Of a DNA stretch of 62,276 nt, positions 37,635 to 46,890 are shown one piece after another. The translations under genes were made by a program, and so were the position numbers. The stretch spans positions 1 to 62,276 of the forward strand of contig JANNHK010000018.1 in the NCBI GenBank assembly GCA_031404355.1, read 5' to 3'. A model generated the notes under the pieces. The model was not told the DNA's origin, did no database searches, and saw only the letters and a program-made list of their open reading frames with translations. The first letter of the stretch is position 1; every line of letters starts with the position of its first letter. The DNA comes from Actinomycetes bacterium (lineage in GTDB: Bacteria; Actinomycetota; Acidimicrobiia; IMCC26256; PALSA-610).

Positions 37635-38436
37635 GCAGATCGTCGACGGCCCGGATCGCACGCGGCACGGCGTCGTCGTAGCCCTCTTCGTCGATGCGCG
37701 GGCCGATCAACTCGAGGTCGAACGCGCCCGGGTAGCCGGCGTCGAGGAGCGCGCCGATGATGCGCGCGAGCGGAATGTCGCCGTCGCCGGGGACGAGGCG
37801 GTCGGGTGTGCACAGTGTCCCGACGCGAAAGTCGGAGACCTGCACGAGCGCGATGCGGTCGACGCCCGTTCGGATGGTCGAGAGCAGGTCGCGCTCGGCC
37901 CAGCACGCGTTGACCTCCATGCACACCCCGGTATCGAGGCGGCGGGCGAGGTCGACGACGTCGCGCAGTGTGTGCACGAACCCCACGTCGACGCGCAGCG
38001 AGTTCGTGTGCTCGATCGCGAACTGCACGCCGGCAGCCCGCGCCGACGTGAGCACGGGTTGCAGCGCGGCTTCGAGCGCGTCGGCCGCCTCCTCCCACGA
38101 CAACGGTGTCGACGGTCCCGTCGTGAACACGAGCCGGTCGGCGCCGATCGCGTTCGCGGCGTCGATCGCACGGACCAGTCGTTCGCGTTGCGCTTCCCAC
38201 TGACTCGGATTCGCGAGCTCGAACGGCCCGAGACCGATCAGGTTGCAGACTCGTAGGCCGCGACCCACCGCGTCGGCGACGCGCGCGGTGCCGTCGTCCC
38301 AACCGTGCGCTTCGAGCTTGGCGACGGAGACGCCGACGTGGTCGATGCCGTGCCGCGCCCAGAATGCGAGGTCGTCGGTGAGCGAAAGTTTGTACGTGCA
38401 GATGGCGCTGACGGAGATGCGCGGGTGCACGGTCAC
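37609..38436 (-). CDS. Sugar phosphate isomerase/epimerase (xylose isomerase-like TIM barrel)
   Basis: The GTGA overlap at 38433-38436 links it to the upstream SDR stop. 'GADRLVFTTG', 'FAIEHTN', 'ALVQVSDF'. Confidence 0.7.
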   Translation of the reverse strand: MTVHPRISVSAICTYKLSLTDDLAFWARHGIDHVGVSVAKLEAHGWDDGTARVADAVGRGLRVCNLIGLGPFELANPSQWEAQRERLVRAIDAANAIGADRLVFTTGPSTPLSWEEAADALEAALQPVLTSARAAGVQFAIEHTNSLRVDVGFVHTLRDVVDLARRLDTGVCMEVNACWAERDLLSTIRTGVDRIALVQVSDFRVGTLCTPDRLVPGDGDIPLARIIGALLDAGYPGAFDLELIGPRIDEEGYDDAVPRAIRAVDDLLTSCTDRR

Positions 38437-39200
38437 CCGAGGGTCGTGCCGCGTGCGCTGCTGCTGCCGCCGTCGAGTGGCAGGTTTGCGCCGGTGAGGA
38501 AGCCCGATTCGGAGCTCGCGAGGTATACCGCGGCGTACGCCACGTCGGCCGCGCTGCCGAGCCGCGTCAAGTGCATGGCCTCGTAGCGCTGCCGGCGTTC
38601 GTCGGTGATGTCGGCGTCGCGCCGGTCGTTCACGACGTAGCCGGGGCTGATCGTGTTGCAGCGGATGCCGTCGGCCGCGTAGTCGACGGCGATCGACCGC
38701 GTCAGCGCGTTCAGCGCGCCCTTGGCCGCGATGTACGCGGCCAGCCCGCGACTCGCCCGCTCTGCCTGGCGCGACGAGATGTTGACGATCGAGCCGTGGC
38801 CCGCGTTCCGCAGGTGCGGGATCGCGGCCCGCGCCATCCAGAAGGGCGCGGTCAGGTCGACCCGCAGGATCGCTTCCCACGCCTCGGTCGTGAGGTCGGC
38901 GACGGCCCCGTCTGTGACGCCGCCGCCGGCCGCGTTGTTGACCAGCACCGTGAGGCCGCCGAGCCGGTCCGCGGCTGTAGTGACCAGGTGCGTGCACGCG
39001 GCCTCGTCGTGCAAGTCCGCGGCGACGAACGAGGCGGTCGCGCCGCCGCGCTCGATCTCGGCGACCACCTCGGCGCCGCGTTCGGCGTCGCGGCCGGTGA
39101 CGACCACCGCCGCACCTTCACGCGCGAACTCGACCGCGATCGCGCGCCCGATGCCCGACGTCGATCCGGTGACCAGAGCCTTCTCGCCGGCAAGCCGCAC
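38433..39200 (-). CDS. SDR-family oxidoreductase
   Basis: 'ALVTGSTSGIGRA', 'YIAAKGALNALTR'. Start taken as the GTG at 39200. Confidence 0.8.
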   Translation of the reverse strand: MRLAGEKALVTGSTSGIGRAIAVEFAREGAAVVVTGRDAERGAEVVAEIERGGATASFVAADLHDEAACTHLVTTAADRLGGLTVLVNNAAGGGVTDGAVADLTTEAWEAILRVDLTAPFWMARAAIPHLRNAGHGSIVNISSRQAERASRGLAAYIAAKGALNALTRSIAVDYAADGIRCNTISPGYVVNDRRDADITDERRQRYEAMHLTRLGSAADVAYAAVYLASSESGFLTGANLPLDGGSSSARGTTLG

Positions 39201-39259
39201 GCCGCGGAAGCTACTCCAGTGTCCGCGAGTCCGGAGCCGTCCGCGACGACACTGGTCCG

Positions 39260-40495
39260 ATGCACACGCACGACGTCGCGCTTGCCCCGGCCACACGACG
39301 CGCGCTCGTAGGCTTGACGGTCGTCGTCGGAGCGCTCGTCGCGATAGCGGTCGTCGGCATCTCGGTCCGGGCCGAGGTCGACCGGAGCCAGGCGGACTTC
39401 CTCGTCGGCACGGTGTACGAGGCGCGCGTCGGCGACATTCGCGTCGAACTGTGCGAGGGGACCACGATCGAGTGCATCGAAGTCGACGTCCGGCTCACGC
39501 AGGGACCCGACGATGGCGAGACGCGCACCCTCGTCTTCACGGCTGACTCGCCGGTTACTCCGAGTCTGAGCAACGGCGACCGCATTGTCCTGTCATACAC
39601 GGAGGGCGCCGACGAGGGATTCGAATACACCTACTCCGATAGGCAGCGCCGACCTGTGTTGCTGGCAGCCGCGGTGGTGTTCGGAGTCGCGGTCGTGTTG
39701 CTAGGCCGCCTCCGGGGCCTGGCCGCGCTCGGCGGTCTCGTCGTCAGCATCGGCACGATCATGGTGTTCGTACTGCCCGCGATCCTCGCCGGCTACAGCC
39801 CGGTGCTCGTCGCAGTCCTCGGCTCGGCGGCGATCGCGTACATCGCGCTCTATCTCGCGCACGGGCTCAACCTGCTGACGACCGTTGCACTCCTCGGCAC
39901 CCTGGCCGCGCTCGCGCTGACGGTCCTGCTCTCGGCGATCTTCACCGCGCTGGCCGAGTTCTCCGGATTCGCGAGCGAGGAAGCCTTACTGCTCGGCAAT
40001 CTCTCGGGCGACGTCGACATGAGCGGCCTCATCCTCGCCGGCATCGTGATCGGCGCCCTCGGCGCCCTCGATGACGTAACCATCACCCAGGCGTCGGCGG
40101 TCGCGGAATTGCGCGAAGCGAATCCGACGATGTCGCGAACCGCGGTCTACGGCAGCGCGATCCGCATTGGGCGTGACCACATCGCTTCGACGGTGAACAC
40201 GTTGGCGCTGGCGTACGCAGGCGCCGCGCTCCCGCTGTTGTTGCTGTTCGTCCTTTCGGCGCAGTCTCTCGGAACGATCGCGAACAGCGAAGTGGTGGCC
40301 ACCGAGATTATTCGGACGCTGGTCGGCAGCATCGGGCTGGTGGCGTCGGTGCCGATCACAACTTGGCTCGCGGCACGAGTCGTCGCGGGCCCCGCACATC
40401 CCGACGGGCACGCACCCACCGTCGACGACGGTGCGGCGCGGGAAGCCGAGCGGAAACGCGCAGCCGACACGGGCGAAGCCAGCTTCTGGGAGTAA
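39260..40495 (+). CDS. YibE/F-family membrane protein
   Basis: An N-terminal TM segment and extracytoplasmic domain, then multiple TM segments with 'LGALDDVTITQASAVAEL' and 'IASTVNTLALAYAGAALPLLLLF'. Confidence 0.75.
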   Translation: MHTHDVALAPATRRALVGLTVVVGALVAIAVVGISVRAEVDRSQADFLVGTVYEARVGDIRVELCEGTTIECIEVDVRLTQGPDDGETRTLVFTADSPVTPSLSNGDRIVLSYTEGADEGFEYTYSDRQRRPVLLAAAVVFGVAVVLLGRLRGLAALGGLVVSIGTIMVFVLPAILAGYSPVLVAVLGSAAIAYIALYLAHGLNLLTTVALLGTLAALALTVLLSAIFTALAEFSGFASEEALLLGNLSGDVDMSGLILAGIVIGALGALDDVTITQASAVAELREANPTMSRTAVYGSAIRIGRDHIASTVNTLALAYAGAALPLLLLFVLSAQSLGTIANSEVVATEIIRTLVGSIGLVASVPITTWLAARVVAGPAHPDGHAPTVDDGAAREAERKRAADTGEASFWE

Positions 40496-40498
40496 CAC

Positions 40499-41332
40499 CT
40501 AGCCGGGAAGGACCGGGCCCGCGCCGACGCGGCGGGCGACGCCGGCGGTCGTGGCCGTCACGATGAAGACCGCGAGTGCGGTGAGCACGATCGCGCCGCC
40601 GGGGGCGAGATCCCACTCGCGTGCCGCGGCGAGGCCGACGACGACCGCCACCATGCCTACGAGCGACGCGCCGAGCAGCGTGTCGCGGAACGATCGGGCC
40701 AGCAGCCGGCTCGTCGCGACCGGGACGACCATGAGCGCGGCGACCAGCAGCACGCCGACGATTCGCATCGCGGCGACGATCGTCACCGCGGTGAGCGCGG
40801 CCAGCACGGTGTTGAGTGTGTCGACGGGAAGTCCGGCGACGCGCGCCGATTCTTCGTCGAGCACGATCGCGAACAACGCTCGCCCGGTCACCACCAAGGT
40901 CGTGACGATCAGGGCGCCGAGCACGACGATGACGCGCACGTCGGCCCACGTGACCGTGATGATCGAGCCGAAGAGCCACGGCAACATTGCGCCGGTGCCC
41001 TCGTCGGACATGTTGACGAGGACGACGGCGAGGGCGATGCCGCCGTAGAACGCCAGCGCGAGCGCGAGGTCGCCCGAGGTGCGGCCGTGGGCCCGCAACC
41101 ACTCGATGAGGATCGCGCCGCCGACCGCGGCGACGAGCGCGGTCCAGATCGGCCACACCTCGGCGAGCAAGCCCGCCGCGACACCCGCGAACGCGAGGTG
41201 GCCGATGCCGTCGCCCATCAGCGACATGCGTTTCTGCACGAGAAACGTGCCGATCAGTGGCGCGCACGCACCGATGACGAGGCCCGCGACGAGTGCGATC
41301 TGCATGTACTCGCGTTCGAACGGCCAGGGCAT
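40499..41332 (-). CDS. Metal (Zn/Mn) ABC transporter permease (ABC-3 family)
   Basis: The start was moved to the ATG at 41332 (TGATG overlap with the ATPase stop). 'LVQKRMSLMGDGIGHLAFAGVA'. Confidence 0.85.
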   Translation of the reverse strand: MPWPFEREYMQIALVAGLVIGACAPLIGTFLVQKRMSLMGDGIGHLAFAGVAAGLLAEVWPIWTALVAAVGGAILIEWLRAHGRTSGDLALALAFYGGIALAVVLVNMSDEGTGAMLPWLFGSIITVTWADVRVIVVLGALIVTTLVVTGRALFAIVLDEESARVAGLPVDTLNTVLAALTAVTIVAAMRIVGVLLVAALMVVPVATSRLLARSFRDTLLGASLVGMVAVVVGLAAAREWDLAPGGAIVLTALAVFIVTATTAGVARRVGAGPVLPG

Positions 41333-42090
41333 CAGCGCAGCCCTTCGAGCCACATCGGCAGGTCGTCGGCGTGCACGCCGAGGCTCACGCCCTGGGCGAT
41401 GAGATCGGGTGCCGGACCGTCGAAGAGCACCCGCTGTTTCAGCACGATCACCCGGTCGAGCACGTCGGCGACGGCGCCGAGTTCGTGCGAGACGAGCAGT
41501 ACGGTGACGGCGTCGTGCTCGACGAGGTGCACGAGCGATTCGCGGAACAATTGCTGCGACTGCGCGTCGACGCCGGCGATCGGCTCGTCGAGCAGAATCA
41601 CTTCCGGTTCGCCGACGAGCGCCTTGGCGATGAGCACGCGTTGCTGTTGTCCGCCCGACAGTTCGCGCATCCGCCGGTCTCGGTGGTCAGTGAGCGCGAC
41701 GGCGCCGAGCGCATGGTCGACCGCGTCGCGGTCGGCAGAATTCGGTGGCCGCCACCACCCCCGCCGCGCCAGGCGCCCGGCGCGTACGACCTCCTCGACG
41801 GTTGCGGGCAGGTCGGGCGGGAGGTGGAGTCGCTGCGGCACGTACCCGATGCGCCACCGGTCGCGCAGGTTTCGCGGGTCGTCGCCCAGCAACCGCACCG
41901 AGCCGCGGGCCGGGCGTTCGAGGCCGAGGAGCAGCCGCAGCAGGGTCGACTTGCCGCTGCCGTTCGGCCCGACCAGCGCTGCGAACTCGCCCGACCCGAT
42001 CGCGAACGAGACGTCGTCGAGCACAGGAGTCGTGTCGTACGCGAACGAGACCCCGTGGGCTTCGATGACGGCGTCCTCGATGACGTCCAC
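41332..42090 (-). CDS. Metal ABC transporter ATP-binding protein
   Basis: Walker A 'GPNGSGKST', signature 'LSGGQQQRV', Walker B 'ILLDEP'. Confidence 0.9.
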   Translation of the reverse strand: MDVIEDAVIEAHGVSFAYDTTPVLDDVSFAIGSGEFAALVGPNGSGKSTLLRLLLGLERPARGSVRLLGDDPRNLRDRWRIGYVPQRLHLPPDLPATVEEVVRAGRLARRGWWRPPNSADRDAVDHALGAVALTDHRDRRMRELSGGQQQRVLIAKALVGEPEVILLDEPIAGVDAQSQQLFRESLVHLVEHDAVTVLLVSHELGAVADVLDRVIVLKQRVLFDGPAPDLIAQGVSLGVHADDLPMWLEGLR

Positions 42091-42103
42091 GCGTGTCCCG
42101 CCT

Positions 42104-42124
42104 TTCTGAGAGTCATTCTCAGAA
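42104..42124. promoter_or_regulatory. Candidate Zur/Fur-family operator upstream of the metal ABC transporter operon
   Basis: TTCTGAGA-GTCAT-TCTCAGAA has 8-bp perfect arms and an AT-enriched core resembling actinobacterial Zur boxes. It lies 14 nt upstream of the GTG at 42090. Confidence 0.45.
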
Positions 42125-42150
42125 TAGCCGACCCAGACGATGGCCCAAAT

Positions 42151-43089
42151 TCAGGAACCGTGCGGCTCGCCGGGGGTCAGGGTGAGTACCTCGACGCCGG
42201 TCGCCGTCACCAGCACCGTGTGTTCGAACTGCGCCGACCGCGAGAGGTCGCGGGTCGGTGCGGTCCAGCCGTCGGCCCAGATACGGCCGAGTTCCCACGA
42301 ACCCTCGGTGATCATCGGCTCGATGGTGAACGTCATGCCGGGAACGAGCTGCGTGTCGGCGCGCGGGTCGTAGTAGTGCGGCACCGACGGCGCGGTGTGG
42401 AACACCTCACTGATGCCGTGGCCCACGAACGAACGCACGACACCGAAGTCTGCGGCTTCGGCGTGCACCTGAATCGCGCGACCGATGTCGGAGATGAGCC
42501 CGCCCGGTCGTACCGCGTCGATGCCCTTCCACATTGCTTCCTTGGTGACCTGCACCAAGGACTTCGCGTCCTCGTCGACGTCGCCGACGAGGAACGTCGC
42601 GTTGCAATCGCCGTGCACACCACCCAGGAAGATCGTGACGTCGCAGTTGACGATGTCGCCCTCTTGCAGTGCGCGGTCGTCGGGGATGCCGTGACAGATG
42701 ATCTCGTTGACCGAGGTGCACAACGACTTCGGGAATCCTTTGTAGTGCAATGGGCTCGGATAGCCGCCGCGCGCGATGCACGCGTCGTGGCAGATGCGGT
42801 CGAGTTCGTCGGTCGTCATACCGGGGCGCACCGCGGCCGCCAGTTCGAGCAACACCTCGCGACCGGCCCGGCCGGCGACGCGCATGCGGTCGAGGAACTC
42901 GTCGGGCGGGACGGCGGGAACCAGTTTCGGCGCGTCGGGTGCGTACGGCGGACGCGGGATCGACGCGGGAACCGTGAGGAACGGCGAGACGATCCCGGGC
43001 CGCAGGGCCTCACGGCGTTCGCCCGGTCCTCGCCGCGTCGATGCCTCTCGCCGCCGGGCCAGGCGTTCCTTCTGCTGCCGCTTACTCAT
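42151..43089 (-). CDS. map: Type I methionyl aminopeptidase with an N-terminal extension
   Basis: 'ICHGIPD', 'NCDVTIFLGGVHGDCN', 'FVGHGI', 'FTIEPM', 'AQFEHTVLVT'. Confidence 0.9.
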   Translation of the reverse strand: MSKRQQKERLARRREASTRRGPGERREALRPGIVSPFLTVPASIPRPPYAPDAPKLVPAVPPDEFLDRMRVAGRAGREVLLELAAAVRPGMTTDELDRICHDACIARGGYPSPLHYKGFPKSLCTSVNEIICHGIPDDRALQEGDIVNCDVTIFLGGVHGDCNATFLVGDVDEDAKSLVQVTKEAMWKGIDAVRPGGLISDIGRAIQVHAEAADFGVVRSFVGHGISEVFHTAPSVPHYYDPRADTQLVPGMTFTIEPMITEGSWELGRIWADGWTAPTRDLSRSAQFEHTVLVTATGVEVLTLTPGEPHGS

Positions 43090-43107
43090 ACGGCGCCCAT
43101 TGTCGCG

Positions 43108-43479
43108 CTAGCTGTTGACCATTGCGTCCGCCGCCATCGCGAAGTAGTCGCGCATGGCTTCGGCGATCTCGGCGGGAACGTCGGCCTCGTCGAGGCTGGC
43201 GAGCATCGCCGCCAGCCAGGCGGCTCGTTCGACATGGGTGATGCGGAACGGCGCATGACGCATGCGCAGCCGCGGGTGGCCCTTCTCGTCGCTGTACACC
43301 GGCGGGCCACCCCAGTACTGGGCCAGGAACAGCGCGAGGGCGCGCTTCCCCGGCTCGAGATCGGCGGGATACAGCGGCCGCAACACGGTGTCGGCCTCGA
43401 CCCGTTCGTAGAAGCGACCGACGAGCGCGTCGAAGAACGGCTGGCCACCTACAGCTGCGAAGACGGTGTCGGGCTCCAT
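43108..43479 (-). CDS. glbO: Group II truncated hemoglobin (GlbO-like)
   Basis: 'FAAVGGQPFFDALVGRFYERV...LAQYWGGPPVYSDEKGHPRLRMRHAPFRI'. Confidence 0.9.
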   Translation of the reverse strand: MEPDTVFAAVGGQPFFDALVGRFYERVEADTVLRPLYPADLEPGKRALALFLAQYWGGPPVYSDEKGHPRLRMRHAPFRITHVERAAWLAAMLASLDEADVPAEIAEAMRDYFAMAADAMVNS

Positions 43480-43586
43480 TACTGTCGCCGATTCTGGATC
43501 AGTCGTGGCTCTCGCCGCTTGCCGAGGAACGTGTCGCCGGCATCAAGGGTCGGGGAATCTTTGCCCGGTCCGACATCGACGCGGGC

Positions 43587-43994
43587 GTGACCGTGGTCGC
43601 GTTCGGCGGCTACGCAGTCGAACGGTCCGAATTCGAAGGGCTTGCCGAACTCGTCCGGACGCACGCGATCCAGATCGACGACGACGTCTTCATGACCAGC
43701 GCCCCGCCGTTCTCGCCCGCCGACTGCGTGAACCACTCGTGCGACCCCAACTGCGGCCTCCTCGGCTCGATCGTGCTCGTGACGATGCGCCCGGTCACCG
43801 CCGGCGAAGAACTGTGCTTCGACTACGCAATGAGCGACACCGACCCGTACGACGAGTTCTCCTGCGCGTGCGGCACCGCCGCGTGCCGCGGAACGATCAC
43901 GGGCAAGGACTGGCGCCTCCCCGAGTTGCAAGTCCGTTACGACGGCTACTTCTCCTCGTACATCGCGCGCAAGATCGCCGCGTTCCGCGACTAA
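43587..43994 (+). CDS. SET-domain protein (putative protein-lysine methyltransferase); the true 5' end probably lies upstream of the listed GTG
   Basis: 'CVNHSCDPNC', 'ELCFDYAM' and post-SET 'CACGTAACRG'. The frame upstream (43479-43586) is open and encodes 'SWLSPLAEERVAGIKGRGIFARSDIDAG', but has no ATG/GTG/TTG. Confidence 0.7.
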   Translation: MTVVAFGGYAVERSEFEGLAELVRTHAIQIDDDVFMTSAPPFSPADCVNHSCDPNCGLLGSIVLVTMRPVTAGEELCFDYAMSDTDPYDEFSCACGTAACRGTITGKDWRLPELQVRYDGYFSSYIARKIAAFRD

Positions 43995-44000
43995 ATACAA

Positions 44001-44555
44001 CTAGGACGCGACCGGGTCGCCGGTACCACCGGTGCACGGCGAGCCCGGTTCAGGTGTCTGCGGGCCTTCCTGAAACGTCTCGATGAACTCGTCGACCCGC
44101 GGGTCGTCGACCGAGTTGAGGCGGAGTTGGCGGCCCCACGCCGTGAGCACGACCGGGTCGTCGAGGTCTTCGTACGGCGTGACGAGGATGTACGACTGAC
44201 CCGCCGCCTTCGACTCGAGCGTTTCGATGTCGGCGGCCGGCAGGTCTTCGGCGTACGCGATCCACACGCCGCCGTGTTCGAGTACGTGCACCGCGTTCTC
44301 GTTGTTCACCGGATCGCGATAGACACCGCAGTTTTGCCAGATCGGGCTGTGGGCGCCACCGACCGGAGGGCTCTGCGGATACTCGACCGGGTCTTCGGTG
44401 TGGTCGCGCGCCAAGTCGGCGAATGCCTCCGTGCCTTCGGGTCCGGCCGGGGCCTCGGCCGCGTCGTCGTCGCCACCGCACGCGGCAAGGAGTGCCCCCG
44501 CCGCGACGACGAGCGCCAGCGCGCGCAACCAGGGCTTCGAGGCGGTCGGGATCAT
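44001..44555 (-). CDS. DUF3105-family lipoprotein
   Basis: The start was moved to the ATG at 44555. Lipobox 'LLAACGG'. 'PPVGGAHSPIWQNCGVY', 'VLEHGGVWIAY'. Confidence 0.75.
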   Translation of the reverse strand: MIPTASKPWLRALALVVAAGALLAACGGDDDAAEAPAGPEGTEAFADLARDHTEDPVEYPQSPPVGGAHSPIWQNCGVYRDPVNNENAVHVLEHGGVWIAYAEDLPAADIETLESKAAGQSYILVTPYEDLDDPVVLTAWGRQLRLNSVDDPRVDEFIETFQEGPQTPEPGSPCTGGTGDPVAS

Positions 44556-44578
44556 GAGGGAGGTCCTTTCGGATGAAC

Positions 44579-45022
44579 TCAGGCGCAGTCCGCGCAAAGT
44601 CCTACAAGGTCGAGACGGTGATGCTCGGTGCGGAAACCGATCTTCTCCGCCGCGTCGGCCACGGCGTCGGCGACCGATCGCTCGAGCCGGTCGGAGGCCG
44701 GAAGGTCGTCGACGCGGCCGCAGTTGGAGCACACGAGATGATGGTGGTGTCCCGTGAGCGCTTCGGTGAGTTCGTAACGGGCGAACTCGTCGTGGGTGAC
44801 GACGCGGTGCACGACGCCCGCCTGTTCCAGCACGACCAGGTTCCGGTACACCGAACTCTGCGCGAGGTCGCGCTGATGTTCGAGGATCTCGGTGATCGTG
44901 AGGGGCCGGTGGGTCGCGGCAAGTACTTCGAGCAGGCGCGACCGAACCGGAGTCATCCGCTGCTGTTGCTCGTGGAGCCGACGCGTGACGGTGTCGCGCA
45001 GCTCGTCGGTAACGCCACGCAT
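44579..45022 (-). CDS. Fur-family transcriptional regulator (possibly Zur)
   Basis: 'RMTPVRSRLLEVLAATHRPLTITEI', 'SVYRNLVVLEQAGVV', 'HHHHLVCSNCGRV...LCADC'. Confidence 0.85.
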   Translation of the reverse strand: MRGVTDELRDTVTRRLHEQQQRMTPVRSRLLEVLAATHRPLTITEILEHQRDLAQSSVYRNLVVLEQAGVVHRVVTHDEFARYELTEALTGHHHHLVCSNCGRVDDLPASDRLERSVADAVADAAEKIGFRTEHHRLDLVGLCADCA

Positions 45023-45045
45023 CAGTTGGCCAGTCTACCGGCGAG

Positions 45046-45858
45046 ATGCGGCCTCCAACGGCGGGATACGGTCGCCCCGTGGAGTCGAGCGACCGGTTCG
45101 TCGAGATGGTGACGTCGGTCGACGACGTGCGCCTCGACGTCGGCGCACTGTGCATCGCCGCGCACGCACATCCCGGTCTCGTCGTCGACGAATGGATCGC
45201 CCGCATCGACGAGATCGCCGGGACGTGCACCGATGTCTCGCTCGATGCCGTCGTAGCCGAGCTCTTCGGTCGTCGCGGCTTCCACGGTGATCTCGAACAC
45301 TACGACGACCCCGAGAACTCGTTCCTCGATTCGGTCGTCGAGAGGCGGTGCGGCATCCCGATCTCGCTTTCGGTGCTCGTCATCGAGGTCGCGCGCCGGC
45401 TTGGCATCTCCGTGCTCCCCGTCGGATTGCCCGGCCACTTCCTCGTGCGCGCCGCCGAGTGTCCCGATCACTGGTGCGATCCGTTTCACGGCGGCCGGCT
45501 CCTCACCCGCGAGCAGTGCCACGCGCTGTTCGACACGGTGTATCGCGGCACGCGCTCGTTCGAGGAGACAGACCTGCTTCCCGTGTCGGCGCGCAGTGTC
45601 CTGGCGCGGATGCTGGCGAACCTCGAGAGCGGCGAGCTCGCACGCGATCCCGTGCAGCTTGCGTGGATGTGCGAACTCCACCTCGCGATCCCGGGCGTGT
45701 CGGTTGCAGACGGCGTGCAGTTGCTGCGGCGTTTGGCGCGGGTCGTCGACCCCGTACGGGCGGCACGTGCGTACGAACGCATGGCCGAAGGATTCGACGA
45801 CGAGGTCGCGAAGCGTCTTCGCTCCGAAGCGCGCTTGTTGCGGTCGCGCATGAACTGA
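45046..45858 (+). CDS. Transglutaminase-like / SirB1-family protein
   Basis: 'NSFLDSVVERRCGIPISLSVLVIEVARRLGI...VGLPGHFLVR' plus a C-terminal TPR-like region. Confidence 0.7.
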   Translation: MRPPTAGYGRPVESSDRFVEMVTSVDDVRLDVGALCIAAHAHPGLVVDEWIARIDEIAGTCTDVSLDAVVAELFGRRGFHGDLEHYDDPENSFLDSVVERRCGIPISLSVLVIEVARRLGISVLPVGLPGHFLVRAAECPDHWCDPFHGGRLLTREQCHALFDTVYRGTRSFEETDLLPVSARSVLARMLANLESGELARDPVQLAWMCELHLAIPGVSVADGVQLLRRLARVVDPVRAARAYERMAEGFDDEVAKRLRSEARLLRSRMN

Positions 45859-46481
45859 TGACCGTGCTCCCGATGTTTCCGTTGGGAAGCGTGCTGTTTC
45901 CTTACGCGGTGCTTCCGCTGCACGTGTTCGAGCCGCGCTATCGCATGATGGTGCGCCGCTGCATCGACGGCACCGGCGAGTTCGGTGTCGTGCTCATCGA
46001 ACGGGGGAGCGAAGTGGGCGGCGGTGACGTGCGGTTCGACGTGGGCACCGTGGCGCGCATCATCCAGGCGAGTGAGATGCCCGATGGCCGCTTCGCGCTG
46101 GTGACGACCGGCATCCGGCGGTTTCGTGTCACGACGTGGTTGCCCGACGATCCGTATCCGCAGGCCGAGACAGAGGTGCTCGACGAGATCGCGCCCGCGG
46201 CCGGGGCGGCCGAGGCGCGTGAACGTGCCGTCGACGAGTTGCGCGCCGTGCTCGACCTGTGGCGCCGGCTCGAGCCAAGCGCCCCCGACGAGCTCCCGCC
46301 GATTTCCGACGACCCGGCGTGGGCGGCGTACGAGTTGGCGGCGGTCGCCCCGATCGGTCCGCTCGACGCGCAGCGCGTACTCGAGGCCCCGGCTCCGCAC
46401 GACCAGCTCGCGCTGTTGACGAAACTGTTCGCCGAACGGGCCGACGAACTGCGCGCCCGCATCGCGTTCGGAAGCCAGTGA
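45858..46481 (+). CDS. LON substrate-binding (Lon N-terminal) domain protein
   Basis: TGATG overlap with the upstream stop. 'LPMFPLGSVLFPYAVLPLHVFEPRYRMM'. Confidence 0.8.
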   Translation: MTVLPMFPLGSVLFPYAVLPLHVFEPRYRMMVRRCIDGTGEFGVVLIERGSEVGGGDVRFDVGTVARIIQASEMPDGRFALVTTGIRRFRVTTWLPDDPYPQAETEVLDEIAPAAGAAEARERAVDELRAVLDLWRRLEPSAPDELPPISDDPAWAAYELAAVAPIGPLDAQRVLEAPAPHDQLALLTKLFAERADELRARIAFGSQ

Positions 46482-46527
46482 CGAGACGACGGTGACCGGG
46501 CCGGAGCCCGTGGGTAGGGTGAAATGC

Positions 46528-46869
46528 ATGAGCGACAGCGACTCGGAGGACACGCGCCGGCGACTGCTGGCGGAGCGGGAACGCCTCGAATCGGTGCGCC
46601 AGGGTGTGCGCGCCGAAGGCGGCGACGAGAGCGCCGAGCTCTCGCACTACGACCAGCACCCCGCCGACCTGGGTTCGGACACGTTCGAGCGCGAGAAGGA
46701 CCAGTCGATTCTCGAAGAGCTCGAGCACGACCTGGCCGAGATCGAGGCGGCACTCCAGCGGGTCGACGAAGGCACCTACGGAATCGACGAGGTCACGGGC
46801 GATCCGATCGACCCGGAGCGCCTCGACGCCTTCCCGACGGCGCGGACCAACGTCGACACGCCCCACTAA
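46528..46869 (+). CDS. DksA/TraR-like protein lacking the zinc-finger cysteines
   Basis: ATG at 46528. 'HPADLGSDTFEREKDQSILEELEHDLAEIEAALQRVDEGTYGIDEVTGDPIDPERLDAFPTA'. There is no Cys in the protein. Confidence 0.6.
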   Translation: MSDSDSEDTRRRLLAERERLESVRQGVRAEGGDESAELSHYDQHPADLGSDTFEREKDQSILEELEHDLAEIEAALQRVDEGTYGIDEVTGDPIDPERLDAFPTARTNVDTPH

Positions 46870-46890
46870 CCGGGGAGCTGTGACAGCACC

